From contig NC_058368.1 of assembly GCF_018350175.1 (NCBI RefSeq), positions 55,678,001-55,742,000 of the forward strand: a stretch of 64,000 nt of DNA, read 5' to 3'. The DNA is from Felis catus. Lineage: Eukaryota. This document shows positions 51,396 through 64,000 of the stretch, in pieces. How positions within the stretch are numbered: the stretch's first letter is position 1; every line of letters begins with the position of its first letter. The position numbers were made by a program, and so were the translations under genes. Below the pieces are notes generated by a model. That model did no database searches, was not told the origin of the DNA, and saw only the letters and a list, made by a program, of their open reading frames with translations.

Positions 51396-52466
51396 TATGC
51401 TAACTAAAAAACTTCATTACTCATTTTTGAAATATCTTTACTAAATATTCAGTCATTTTTGTACTTACATAATTATGGTAAGGGTCTTCAGGGCAAGACA
51501 GTTTAAATTGCTTTTAATTTATTAAGGCCAATTAATGAACATAGAAGGAAAGTAATTAATCATAATTAGGCTATTAGCAATTGTGACAAACAGTACAGTT
51601 TGCCTCAAATTATCACGTGAAGGATAAAAAGAGAGAAGGGGGAAAGAAAATAATCTAAGACTAATTAATGACAACCAGGATGACTTCTCCTGTTAGTACA
51701 GTGATATATTAACTAGGATATAATTTTAGTACATAGTAGAGAACAAAATTTGTGGCTTAAACAGAGTTGAATTTATTTTCTCCAATGTAATATCTGGATT
51801 TAACTTGTAATAACCCTTTTAAGGTTTGTAAGAGATCTCTGTTTCAAAATGTTATCTAGCACTCTGCCACCTTCTGTCTTGTTGCTGTTTTGGTTTTAGT
51901 GTGATGACCTCATCTGCATTTTACAATTTTACAAAATGGAACAATGTTGACCATGTTCCAGGAACCTGGATTAGAGAGAGGAAGAGAGAGGAAAGATGTT
52001 TTATTTCTTTGATGGGAACAGCATGGAAATTGTATACATCATTTTTAATGTAAATATATCTCATGCAATATTTGAACATACTTATATTCAAATATTGGAA
52101 GAATATGTTGCTTATCTGAAATTCCTGCATTTTATTTGCCTACTATACTCACATCCCATTAACCAGAACTTAGTAAAAAAATCGCCTAGTTTTTTAAGGA
52201 AAACTAAGAAATGTTAAGGCTATTCCGGATGGTTTTGCAGCAAGGTAAAAATCAGGGGTTCTATGGTTATAGGTACTAAAAAACACAACTACAGTTTCTA
52301 GAAGTGGTCTCTCCTAGGACTAATAATGGCCATTTGTAAATTCAGTTTTTCTGTAACAGACTTGAAGGAATTAGTGATAAATGAATGAATCCAGCTGGAA
52401 ATATACCCATACTTATTTTGATTTCCTATTTATAAACTCCACTTGCCATAAAATTTATAGGTTTTT

Positions 52467-52729
52467 TTTAAATTTTTTTTTTCAATGTTTTTTATTTATT
52501 TTTGGGACAGAGAGAGACAGAGCATGAACGGGGGAGGGGCAGAGAGAGAGGGAGACAGAGAATCGGAAACAGGCTCCAGGCTCCGAGCCATCAGCCCAGA
52601 GCCCGACGCGGGGCTCGAACTCCCGGACCGCGAGATCGTGACCTGGCTGAAGTCGGACGCTTAACCGACTGCGCCACCCAGGCGCCCCTTTTTTTTTTTT
52701 TTAAATTTTTTTTTCAATGTTTTTTATTT
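52467..52729 (-). mobile_element. Very young CanSINE (52467-52688) plus an extra tail-only copy (52689-52729) in one TSD
   Basis: CpG-rich near-consensus body; TSD taaaatttataggttttt at 52449-52466 and 52730-52747. Confidence 0.95.
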
Positions 52730-55700
52730 TAAAATTTATAGGTTTTTATACCTTTATATGGAACCCAGATCTATGTCATGAGGTCCTTAAGGTTGACTGC
52801 CAGTGATTTGGGGCCATTTAATCCTTGGGGGGGCTAACAGATTTATCTACTCTGTCATCACATTGAGCAAATCTGGAACACAAATGTCAAATCAGATATT
52901 TTAGTTTCCCATCATACTTACTAAAAATTTTAGTTTGTGATTCAATTGGTAAATGCTTTATGAGGAACCACGAAGTCATCTACTTAAAGAGATCATAATA
53001 TTAGGTTTAGCCATGCCTGTTGCCGGCTTAATCGTAGAGAAATTAACACGCACGTCCCTTCTTCCCAGAGTCAGCCATGATAGCCCAGCTCCCTTTAAGA
53101 CTCAAACTTTAGTTTTCCATTTACTTTCTTCCTTTTGTGCCAGACTTTGCTTTTGATTCTTCTTACATTGTTGTAGTTATAATTATGACTTATTATTTTT
53201 TGAAGACAGGACTTCTGATCTACAGTAAATATCACATTAAATTCATATTTGTTCTGTAATCAAATATTTTGTATTTTAGTCTTTTAACTTATTCATCATC
53301 TTAATTACTTGTATTAATATGCATACCTTTTGTATTTTTAAGAGAAGAATTTATTTTAAGTATCAAACTATACTAAGTTAAAGAAAAAGCCCAGGATAAT
53401 ACCAAAATAAAATTTTCTTCTTATTTAGATTATTCTATTGATCACTACTCCAGGTTTGGTGATTTAATTATCTATTAGCCAGCCCTGTCTTTTCTGTCTA
53501 TCAAATTACTTAAAATATAGGGTGTACTTATTGTTGTTAAATTCAGTGAAGTAATACTTATGTAAAATGACAGAATAGGCCACCCTACATTTTCCAACTT
53601 TTGTAACAGGGAAATGCATGACATGCTCCATGTTGCACATTTTCTATCTACAAAAATAGTTTTTTTTTTCTATAATAAATATTGGGAGTTAAAACAAGAA
53701 ATGTGATTTCTGTGCTTGCTTTATCTGCCAAAGCTAAATAAAGACTGAGTTCTACAATAAGATTTGACCTCAAAATTCTTATTCATTAAAATCCCAGATT
53801 ATCAAGTAAAAAAGTATTTTGCCAAGATAACCATAAGGACATTAGGAACATCATTTTGAGGCACATAGGAATGAACTACTTGTATTTTCAACAATGTCAA
53901 TCTTCAAGTATATTTCAAATATTTGATTAATTTTGCTATATTTTTCGTGTTAATTAAAATAAATGGGACTGATATGGAAAGAAAATAGTATAAGCTTACA
54001 TAATTAACATAACCCTAATGTTGAGAGTACTAATAAAATTTTTATGTCAACATTTATGTATCATGAAAGAAACTTCCCCTTGTCTTTAATGGAATCTGGG
54101 AGTTATTGAAAAACAATAAGGAAAATGCAGTCTAAATCAGGCACTAACTTTAATATAACTTTCTTTTTCTAACAGCCAAATTCATATATAATACATAGTT
54201 TACTTCTTTATTGTAGCTTAGAAAGTTTATAAATAAAAAATATATACTGTTCTTAATATTAACTCTCTCTATATATGTATATGACCCACATATGTATGTG
54301 TTTCAAACTTGATTGAGGTTAAAGTAATACTAATACCAAAATTTAGACTGAGAAGTTTTTTCTACTTCAAGTTTATCATGAGAAATTCTTCATTCTCTGT
54401 ATTCATTTAATATCTTTTTAAAAATCATGTGCTGAGTATGAGCTTGAGTATTAGCCTCAAATATGTTCTTGAAATTACAGCCCTTTAATCATATGCTAAG
54501 AGCATCTATATCATTATATTTTGCATTTCCAAGAAACGTCACTTCTAACCTCAGGGAAACATTATGTAACCAAAGAGGAATATCAGCCAATGAAGAGATG
54601 AAATGTGAGATCATAGAAAAAAATCACCAGTAGTAAATATAGAATGTCTTACATAGATAAGTATGCCCTAACTTGTATTTGTGGAATGCAACTATTGAGG
54701 ATAAATCTTTAAAAGTTACATTACTTTTATTGTATTTTATTTATTGTCAGCAACTCACAATGCCCAGGCCACAGGGAGGAGAAGGGAGGAGAGATTACAA
54801 AGTGGCAACACACTTCTCAGCATGAGGAATAGGTTTGTTATCTGGATTGTGTTGATGATTTCACACATGTCAAGGTCAAAACCTATCAAATTTTACTTAA
54901 CTGTACTTTACAGATGTGCCAGTTACACCTAAATGTGGCTGGTTAGCCAAAGGGGAAAATGGAGAGAAAGGGGTAGAGAAAGAGAGACAGAGTGACAGAG
55001 AGAGGGACTTTTCATTAATTTATCTTTTTCAACAACCACATTCCCTGTGATATTGGCTAAAGGAACCTCTCCTGGCTTTTTCATCTTGTAGTTCTCTTTT
55101 TCTTTGCTCTTTCATAAATGTTTTGTTGCCCTTACAAGCTGTTACTTAACCCATGTTTAAACTGCTGTATTTAAAGTTTTTTATTTCTATTTTGTGGTAT
55201 ATAACTGAGAAGAATTCGACACATTGCTAAATGCATGAAAACACTGAAGAATAGTCCATCATTGAAGTGGATAGATTTGATTTATAAGGTAATATTAAGT
55301 ACAGAGGAGACAGGTAGTAAAAGCAAAATTTATTGAGCATTATATAATTCATCTCTTCAACACATTTTATATTTTATATGTGAACATTTTTCCAAATAAT
55401 TCAGTACAATGTGGACATAGTTTCTTTTTTATATAACTTTTCAGATGTTATAATGCTGTTCTTACAAATGCTATGCAAACAGTTAAATCACAACCCTTGC
55501 TTGAGGTATCCAGGTTGATAATGATCTAATTTATTGCTGAAAATTAGAGGGGCATAAAACTTAACATATTTCTTCTAAAACTTACACATCATTATTATAA
55601 ATAACTCTAATTGCCAATTATTTATTCAATTATTCATATATTTTGTCAATTACTATTTATATATTAAAAGACATTATAATGGTTGGTACCATTATACTAA

Positions 55701-55992
55701 CCATATAATTGGTTAGTAATCAATAAAGACTGTTTCCCCTTGATTTACAAACTTTTCTGTGAATAGGCCATTAAAATAAATTATATTCTGGATGTTGGAT
55801 ATAAAGCAGTGAAAAAAGATATAAGGTCTCTGTGCTCTTAATATGTACATTCTGGTCATAAATTTACCTACCTAATATTTCATAATTTTGAAAATATTTC
55901 ATATTCTCACTTATTCTTTAAACATCAATCTATCATTATTCATAGTTGAAATTGAGAATACTATAAAAATTTCTAAAAATCTTTTTGAATTC

Positions 55993-56195
55993 AGGGTACC
56001 TGGGTGGCTCAGTTGGTTAAGCGTCCAACTCTTGATTTCGGTTCAAGTCATAATCTCATGGTTGGTGAGTTCAAGCCCTGCGTCAGGCTCTGTGCTGACA
56101 ATGCAGAGCCTGCTTGGGATTCTCTCTCTCCTTTTCTCTCTGCCCCTCACCTGTTCTATCTCTCTCTCAAAAATAAAGTTTAAAAATATTCTTTA
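55993..56195 (+). mobile_element. CanSINE
   Basis: TSD aaaaatctttttgaatt/aaaaatctttctgaatt. Confidence 0.94.
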
Positions 56196-56399
56196 AAAAA
56201 TCTTTCTGAATTTTGCTTCTACTAAAATTTCAGTAAAGCTGATTTCACATAACACTGAGTAAAAGAAATTTTAAAAAGTTACTATTTTTTTAATTTTGAA
56301 AATAGCAAAGTCTATCACAATACAAATATATTGTAGAATGAAAGTAAAGATGATAACAATACTCTTACAGACAATGAAATTATTCCAGAAAGGCATATC

Positions 56400-58500
56400 C
56401 ACAACACAGATTAAATTAAACCTACCATTTCATAGTAGGCTAAAAGTAAAAACCAAACAAACAACAAACAGCAAGAAAAAAAACAAACAGAAATTAGGTG
56501 GTAGAAATAAATGTATAGTTAGAAATAAAAGAAAACCATATTTTAGAAATAAAAAACAGACTAAAAGTACTATACGAGAGAAAATAACAATGCCCTAAAG
56601 ATAATGCCTTAAACATAGGAGATGAAAAGAGAATTAAAAATAAACACTACAATAAATGAAGAATAGGAAATGACTAATATTGATCAGAAGCAAATAAAAT
56701 CAAACACAGAATAATAGGAGTTTCTAAAGAGAAAAACTAAAGAAAGTGAAATGGAGTAAAACAAACAAACCTCAAGTCTACAATTTAGGTTTGCTAAATT
56801 GCTAAGATAAAAACAAAAAACCAGACTTGGAATCACATTTTGAAAGTCCATGCTGTGTGACAAAGTATATTTACCTAGAACGATCAACACTGGACATCTG
56901 GTAAAACTACTTTACTCTAAAAAAGAAACCGTAATTAGTTATTTGGAAAAAAGAAAAAACAAAAACAAACAAAAAAAAAACCCTACCCTGTTTATAAGGA
57001 GAATGATTATCAGTATTTTTACAACAATAATTTATGCCAAAATTGGCATAAAAATTTTAAAGTATTTAAGGAAATAAGAGTGAGCCACGTATTTTACATC
57101 CAGCAAAACTGATCCTCAAATATAATGGTCATAGACAAAATGTTATCAGTGTGCAAGATCTCAACATTTCCTCATGTGTCATTTCTGAAAAACTTACTAG
57201 AGAATGAGTTCAGAAACCAAAATGATCAGACACCTAAATAAGTTGATGATGATCATTAAATTTAGTTTTCTGTAGAACCAAAACAGTATATTAAGAGGGA
57301 GACAATCTAGTATATAATTGTTTTGTATTTTGCCAGTGTAGCTATAGTACAACTACATCAAATGGAGAGAGGGAAAGCAGATGCAAAAAAAAAAAAAAAA
57401 TCTAAAATTTTAACAATTGTTTCAGCAATGGTATTAATACAGTATTTCACATATATATATTTTATTAGCTCCTAGCATCTATGTTATAAATGTAATTACA
57501 TGTACTTTATTATCTATATCATATATATAATATTAATATAAATATTTGTTAACTTTCCTGAAAGATCTGAACATCTTTCAGAAAAATTTGAAAAAGCTCT
57601 AGAAAAAATGATCGATCTAGTAATATTCATCATGCCATTTTCAGAGAGTGATAGAAAACTATTTGTTATGTGGTAAGTAACGCAAAAGAATCAAGCATTT
57701 TTTCCAGATTTCCCTCAGTCTGCTCAAACCTTGGATTGCCAAATGAAAGATAAGGGCATTTCAAACACTAAGTGAAAAATAATGATACAAGTAGAATATC
57801 ACCATTTTTGCAAACTCCATTTAATAATAGGTTATAGGATTTAAGCATCAATGGCTGCTAAAATCCCAACAAGAGACAACCCGGCATCATGTATCTTTAT
57901 ATAATTACCAACACCATCTATAATCTTGCCAGAGGGATTGAACTAGAGTGTAACCTAGTCTCTTCATACAGCTGCCAAGTTGTAGGAAATCCAGAGTGCA
58001 GTGATACATGTGGACCTACACCAAGATTATTCAGTCATCAAAACCCAGAGTTTGGAAAACTATACAGGTCAAACAAAATGGCCGTTTCTCCAAAGGTAAA
58101 GTTTAAGGAAATAGAAAAGTTAAAAGGAAAACCTGTAAATTAAAAAAAAAGAAAAAACGTAAAGTAGTACTCATTTTTTAAATGAATAAGACTAAACTCT
58201 AATGTCAGGAGGAGCATTTTTGTGTAATAATGTTATTAAAAATGCAAGGAAATGAGAACTAGAAAGTCCACATAATAGTTACCAGAAGAATAAGGGGCCT
58301 GTGGTTGGCATGTCTCATATGGAAGGGTTTCAGAAGTGGCTGCGAAAGTACTTTTCTTTAACCTAGAGCTGCCTTACAATACATGATTAAGCTATATATT
58401 TAAATTGTGTGGTTTTATTTTCCTGTATTTTATTTTATAATATATTTTATTTTATTACTTTATTTTATTTTATTTTATAATTATATTTTTAAAAGTTATT
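56400..58500 (+). mobile_element. Ancient LINE-1 (L1ME-like) fragments
   Basis: A-rich ORF1-like remnants (attttacatccagcaaaactga) and L1ME 3'UTR-like motifs (ttaagcatcaatggctgcta). Boundaries approximate. Confidence 0.5.
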
Positions 58501-58943
58501 TTTGGAACTGAGTGCTGAAAAACAAAAATTAAATAAAAATAATTAAAAAATTGTATTAATTCTATTTGACTTTTAAAAAGGGATTTATACTACAATTGGA
58601 AAATTGGGGGAAAATGATAAGTATTAAAAAGCAGAGTTCTGGCTTACAGTTGTGAGAAAATCATTTCAGGAAGAGAGTAACATAGATGATGTTAATAGAA
58701 AAAGTGATATAATTCATTACTTGGCATAAATTTTCAAGTGCATGGGCATATCACTGTATTTTTACATATAAAGTGGGCCAAAGGAAAAGTATGTGTCATA
58801 AATAAGATGGACCTGGAATAAGCACATTTTTTTTTATTAGCATCTTAAAGTTGTAAACTCCAACACTTCACAAATATGATTAATGGTAATTATTTTAGTA
58901 TGGATTTTTGAAGATGATGTGGATGAGATAATCTTGTTTCAAA

Positions 58944-58946
58944 TAT

Positions 58947-58997
<51 letters not shown>

Positions 58998-58998
58998 T
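58944..58998. repeat. (TATT)n microsatellite
   Basis: Perfect tattt/attt run. Confidence 0.95.
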
Positions 58999-59385
58999 GG
59001 ATGAAAGGTATGACTTTCAAATGCAACAATATGGATTCCATCATTTCCATGGGGATATTCTCCTAGTTTCTTTTGTATACCAATTAGTTTATACTGAATC
59101 CAAAGCCCAACAAACATTTATTAATTTTCAAACAAATTATTTTCCCAGAAACCTATAGCTTCTCATTAACAGTTTTGGATTTTCTTTTATTATATTTATG
59201 GTATTTGTTAATCTATTCATTTCTTTCAAGAATATTTATATTATCTACTCTTATTTCCTATTAGAACCTTAATGATTTTTTAAGTTCAGCTTGAGCATAG
59301 AATGCCAAAGATATGTTTTTATTCAGAAAATGTCTAAAAATAAACATCTAAGAAAAAAATGTACAACATGCACAGTTTCACCATA

Positions 59386-59844
59386 TGTTAAGGACTTTGT
59401 TAACCAAAATTCAACGAAGTGAATTTTAAAGATCTAATTGGTTTTATTGAATGATTCATGAATCAGACAACATCCTATCTAGCAATACAAAAAAACTTCA
59501 AAAGGCTACAGAAAGAGAACAGGTTTTAAAAACAGGACTGATGGGGCACCTGGGTGGCTCAGTCAGTTAAACATCCAGATTTTGAATTTGGCTCAGGTCG
59601 TGATCTTCCTGTTTGTGCAATTGAGCCCTGAATCGGGCTCTGCACTGACAGTATGGAGCCTGCTTGGGATTCTCGTTCTCTCTGCCCCTACCCTGCTCTC
59701 TCTCTGACTCTCTCAAAATAAATAAATAAACATTAAAAAAAAATTCCACAAAATAACATCTTCCTTTAGAAAGTAAATTAGCTTTTAAGTTTTGGTGAGC
59801 TTAGCATAAGTGACTTCATTATCAATGTATTGTTTCATTTTAAC
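59386..59844 (-). mobile_element. Probable carnivore ERV1 solo LTR interrupted by a CanSINE
   Basis: Inverted termini tgttaa...ttaaca; antisense polyA signal ttttatt at ~59443. Confidence 0.55.
59543..59743 (+). mobile_element. CanSINE
   Basis: Typical body and tail; no clear TSD. Confidence 0.93.
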
Positions 59845-60402
59845 AGCATTAAGGTGAGAAATACAGTAGAGAGGGAAAAACATATGACAATACAAAGACT
59901 ATTTAATGGAAGATTAAGGTGAATAAGTTTATAAAATGCTAGGACTTTGAATTGTTGTAGAAAAAATTGAGAAAGCTTGTTAAACAGTAAAGGTTTGATC
60001 CTGAGAATATTTTGTGTTAGAAGTGTAAATATTGATCAGTATTAAAATAGAGTATGTTTCTCTTTTCGTATTCAGATATCACCAGTAGCATAAGAAATAC
60101 CAATTAGATATCTGAGAAATTCTTAAAACTCAAATAGAACATCTCATTTGCATATAAATAAAAGAAGTATCATTTGCATCTAAGGTTATATCAGTCTGTG
60201 GGAGATTAGTTCTTTTTCATTACAATTTATTTTAAGCCATTTTATCAGACCTAGTTATTTCATGCCTTCCAGTATGAGCCTTCAGAGTGCAAAGACAAGA
60301 AAAAACAAAGACAATAAATGTGTTGCTCCTTCTCTCATTCACCTTTATTCAGGAACTTCTGCACTAAAACCTAGAAATGGTGGCTTTAGTTTTGAAAGTT
60401 TT

Positions 60403-61206
60403 TTTTTTTTCAATATATGAAGTTTATTGTCAGAATGGTTTCCATACAACACCCAGTGCTCATCCCAAAAGGTGCCCTCCTCAATACCCATCACCCACCC
60501 TCCCCTCCCTCCCACCCCCCATCAACCCTCAGTTTGTTCTCATTTTTTAAGAGTCTCTTATGCTTTGGCTCTCTTCCACTCTAACCTCTTTTTTTTTTCT
60601 TCCCCTCCCCCATGGGTTTCTGTTAAGTTTCTCAGGATCCACATAAGAGTGAAACCATATGGTATCTGTCTTTCTCTGTATGGCTTATTTCACTTAGCAT
60701 AACACTCTCCAGTTCCATTCTCTAAAGAAGACATCAGATGGCCAACAGGCACATGAAAAGATGCTCAGCGTCGCTCCTCATCAGGGAAATACAAATCAAA
60801 ACCACACTCAGATATCACCTCACGCCAGTCAGAGTGGCCAAAATGAACAAATCAGGAGACTATAGATGCTGGAGAGGATGTGGAGAAACGGGAACCCTCT
60901 TGCACTGTTGGTGGGAATGCAAACTGGTGCAGCCACTCTGGAAAACAGTGTGGAGGTTCCTCAAATTAAAACTAGACCTACCCTGTGACCCAGCAGTAGC
61001 ACTGCTAGGAATTTACCCAAGGGATACAGGAGTACTGATGCATAGGGGCACTTGTACCCCAATGTTTATAGCAGCACTCTCAACAATAGCCAAATTATGG
61101 AAAGAGCCTAAATGTCCATCAACTGATGAATGGATAAAGAAATTGTGGTTTATATACACAATGGAGTACTACGTGGCAATGAGAAAGAATGAAATATGGC
61201 CCTTTG
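60403..61206 (-). mobile_element. Young felid LINE-1, 5'-truncated with 5' inversion
   Basis: 3' UTR on minus 60403-60718; ORF2 C-terminal segment on plus 60719-61209 ([27 protein letters not shown]); TSD tagttttgaaagtttt at 60387-60402 and 61207-61222. Confidence 0.96.
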
Positions 61207-61439
61207 TAGTTTTGAAAGTTTTATTTTGGCTTCCTTTAATTGTAAACCTATGAGGAGGATGGATCAAACTAACAGTAATTATTTTATTTGAACATTTAGT
61301 CTAACCTGTAGATATAATGTTAAATACATTTTTTTACAGAAATCTGTGTCATTGTATCATTGTGGGCTATTTAAGGGATCAAATTTAATATCCCAATGTG
61401 CCTATGGCTGATTATATAAATTTATATTAAGGTGACCAT

Positions 61440-61914
61440 TTAGATTTCCTGTTGCAGCTGTAACAAATTACCACATACTTAGTGTTTGAAACAACACACA
61501 CAGATTTGTTCTCTTATAGTTCTGGAGGTCAGACCTGTTCCTTCTGGAGACTCTAACAGAGAATCACATTTTGTGTCATTTCTAGCATCAAGAGGCCAGC
61601 TCTATTCCATAGCTTGTGCTCTCACCCTCCATCTTCAAAGCCAGCAGTGTAGTATCTCTCAATCTCTTTCTTTCTGATTCCATTGGTAAATCACCTGTTC
61701 TCTGACTTTCATGCTCTTGCTTCCCTCTTATAACTACCCTAATGATTACTTCAGGCCCACCCGTTTAATTCAGGGTGGTTTCCTCATTAAAGATTCTTAG
61801 TCACATCTACAAAGTTCTGTTTTCCATATAAGGAAATATACTCATATAATATAATTACCATTTCTGGACATAAGGACTTGGACATCTTAAAGAGACCATT
61901 ATTCTGTCTACCAC
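61440..61914 (-). mobile_element. MaLR LTR (MLT1-type)
   Basis: tttcctgttgcagctgtaacaaattaccaca...tcttatagttctggaggtcaga...ggacttggacatctt...ccattattctgtctaccac. Confidence 0.85.
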
Positions 61915-63250
61915 GTAAGCTTTACTTTGATGAATGTCCCTATAAAAGTATACTAAATACTTAAATATTCTGGGTAATAAAACATACTTTGTCACTAATC
62001 TGGGAAGCATTAAGCATAGTCTATAATGATCTAGAGACCTTGAGTTTTTATATCCAGGATGGAAGGAAATTCTGTCCCCTGAGCTGGGTGACCTTGAGTT
62101 GAGCAACTTAGTTATAAGCATGTTCCAACTTTTTTAGTTGAGCGATACTAGTTTTCCCATTATAGCTAAAAATGGGTGGCATATAGAAATAAATTAACTT
62201 ACCCAGGATCATGGAAGTTTTCCAGCCTCAGACCCCAGTTGAGTGGAAACATAAAGCTTTGGGAAAGCTGAGAAAGAAATTAGAGCAAAGAAAAAAAGTA
62301 GGTTATCACTAATTGCATAAAGTTTAATACAGGTGTGTTGGGTTATAAAAGAACAAATTCGAGAAAAATGTCGAACTCACAGAGACTTAAATAAGTGGGT
62401 TAACAATCACATTTTATGTTGCTATATTTTTATAATATGCACTTCAGAGAATAGCTTAATTCAAATTGATATTAAGCTATATAATGAAGGAATGTAAAAA
62501 GCAAAACTAAATAAAAATACTCCATCTAGACAATGTAATTAGTGAAAATGTATTCATACACAAAAAATATTCCATGAAAAAACAAAAAAATTGCCTAGCA
62601 TTATGTTAAAATGTCAAAAAGCATATATCTTAAAAAATACATGAAAATACAAATTCATATAATATAATCATCTTCAGCCATAATCACATTTAAAAATATT
62701 TAACCCATGTGGATATGTATTATAAAATATAATATGAAACTAAAGTTTCCTTAGAGTATGGTTTTATAATATCAATGTTTAGATTAATGGATATTTAATA
62801 GAAAGCTTAAAACAAAAAAAAAACATATGGGCATTTAAAGCCTTTTATTTTAGGTATGCTATATTTTAGTGCAAAATTAAACAGAACTTTCAAAATATTA
62901 TTGCAACATGAGTTTAAAAAGTACTTGCACTACTGAGTGACTGTATCTTTTTCTGATTTCTTTTCCCTAATGAGTCCAAATCTGTGTAGTGGGAGGAAGA
63001 ATTAGTCTAAGAAATGTTTGCTGATCCAGTGATCCAGTAGGGCTTCCTGGTAACTTAGTGTCTGCGTGGGTGCCTGAACTAAAAACGTCTTTCCTCAGAG
63101 ACTTATTACCTCTTCTAGTCAGGGTAGAATCTAGTATGAAGTTGAGGTTCAGATAACTTTGTGGTGGAGAGAGTAGGGAAATGTGAAGAAGTTTGGATGC
63201 TTGAATTGGCACAATATTCTCTCACCCTCTCTGAAATATACTTTGGTATA

Positions 63251-63430
63251 TTTCATATTATGAAATATTCATATTTCACATTATGAAATATTCATATTTC
63301 ACATTATGAAATATTCATATTTCATATTATGAAGTGTTCATATTTCATATTCATTCATATTATTTGTATTCATACTCTTCATTTCATATTCATTCATATT
63401 ATTTCATATGGTATATTCATATTATATGAA
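63251..63430. repeat. AT-rich minisatellite, 23-bp unit x4 then degenerate
   Basis: tttca(c/t)attatgaaatattcata at 63251, 63274, 63297 and 63320. Confidence 0.9.
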
Positions 63431-64000
63431 TTATCCGTTTGTATTACTGGGTGCTAATTGCTTACAGTTAATGATCTTAACTACTTTCAGGGATTTTGTG
63501 ATTGTGGTCATTTGCTCTCAGTTTCAAGGCTCCTGAGTGCTAAAGCCACTTTTTTTTTTTTTTCCGATGCAACCCTCTTCTGGTCCAAAATGACCTAAGA
63601 TATGCAAAGGGGTGTGTATGCTCAAACAGTCACCCAGGCTTGCAGGAAATTTTTAGTGATCTGATCAGCATTGGCAGACAGGAGTTTCCCCATCCAGTTC
63701 TGTTCTGCTCTAGCCACTTCTGCCTGTGCCGCTGTATCAGTGCCCTGCACATGCTGGGTGTGGTTGAATGCACAGACACTCCTGGAGGCACACCTGCTCT
63801 CATTAATCAATCAAGGATGCCCTGATATTATATATATAATAGCAACACATTTTTAAGAAATGGACTTAATTTTTCCAAAATTGCCTCTTTGGAGATGATC
63901 ATGTTTTTTAACATAATTGTGAATAAAATACTGGATATTTTAAATTTTTGATGTTTTTATTTTTCCCATTCAAAGACACAACCAGAAGATCAGCAAAAGT

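Noticed and set aside
1..64000. CRISPR arrays, rRNA, genuine tRNA genes, prokaryotic systems
   Set aside because: None seen. The tRNA-like A/B boxes all belong to CanSINE heads, and the sequence is mammalian.

Overview
AT-rich, repeat-dense eukaryotic genomic DNA from a carnivore, almost certainly a felid, judged from the SINEC_Fc-type CanSINEs and L1_Fc-type LINE-1 3' ends. It is intronic or intergenic. No intact host protein-coding gene is recognisable: the long ORFs in the track are decayed LINE-1 ORF1/ORF2 pieces or SINE/microsatellite read-throughs. Contents: one near full-length decayed L1 (1.9-8.5 kb, minus), a 3'-truncated L1 (44.8-48.7 kb, minus), a young twin-primed 5'-inverted L1 (60.4-61.2 kb), about 24 CanSINE copies, a 3'-truncated U6 retrocopy, older L1M, L2, MIR, MaLR/ERVL/ERV1 LTR relics, and simple repeats. 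The most unusual signal is two independent CanSINE insertions built as [5'-truncated copy][full copy] inside a single target-site duplication (19.2 kb and 52.5 kb). At 19.2 kb both copies share a private 4-nt insertion, which suggests end-to-end template jumping or a circular/dimeric SINE template. Also notable are a SINE carrying source-locus 3' flank and a candidate 12-nt microexon. I see no evidence for a new protein-coding system. Family names of old repeats are from recall of consensus motifs and were not searched.
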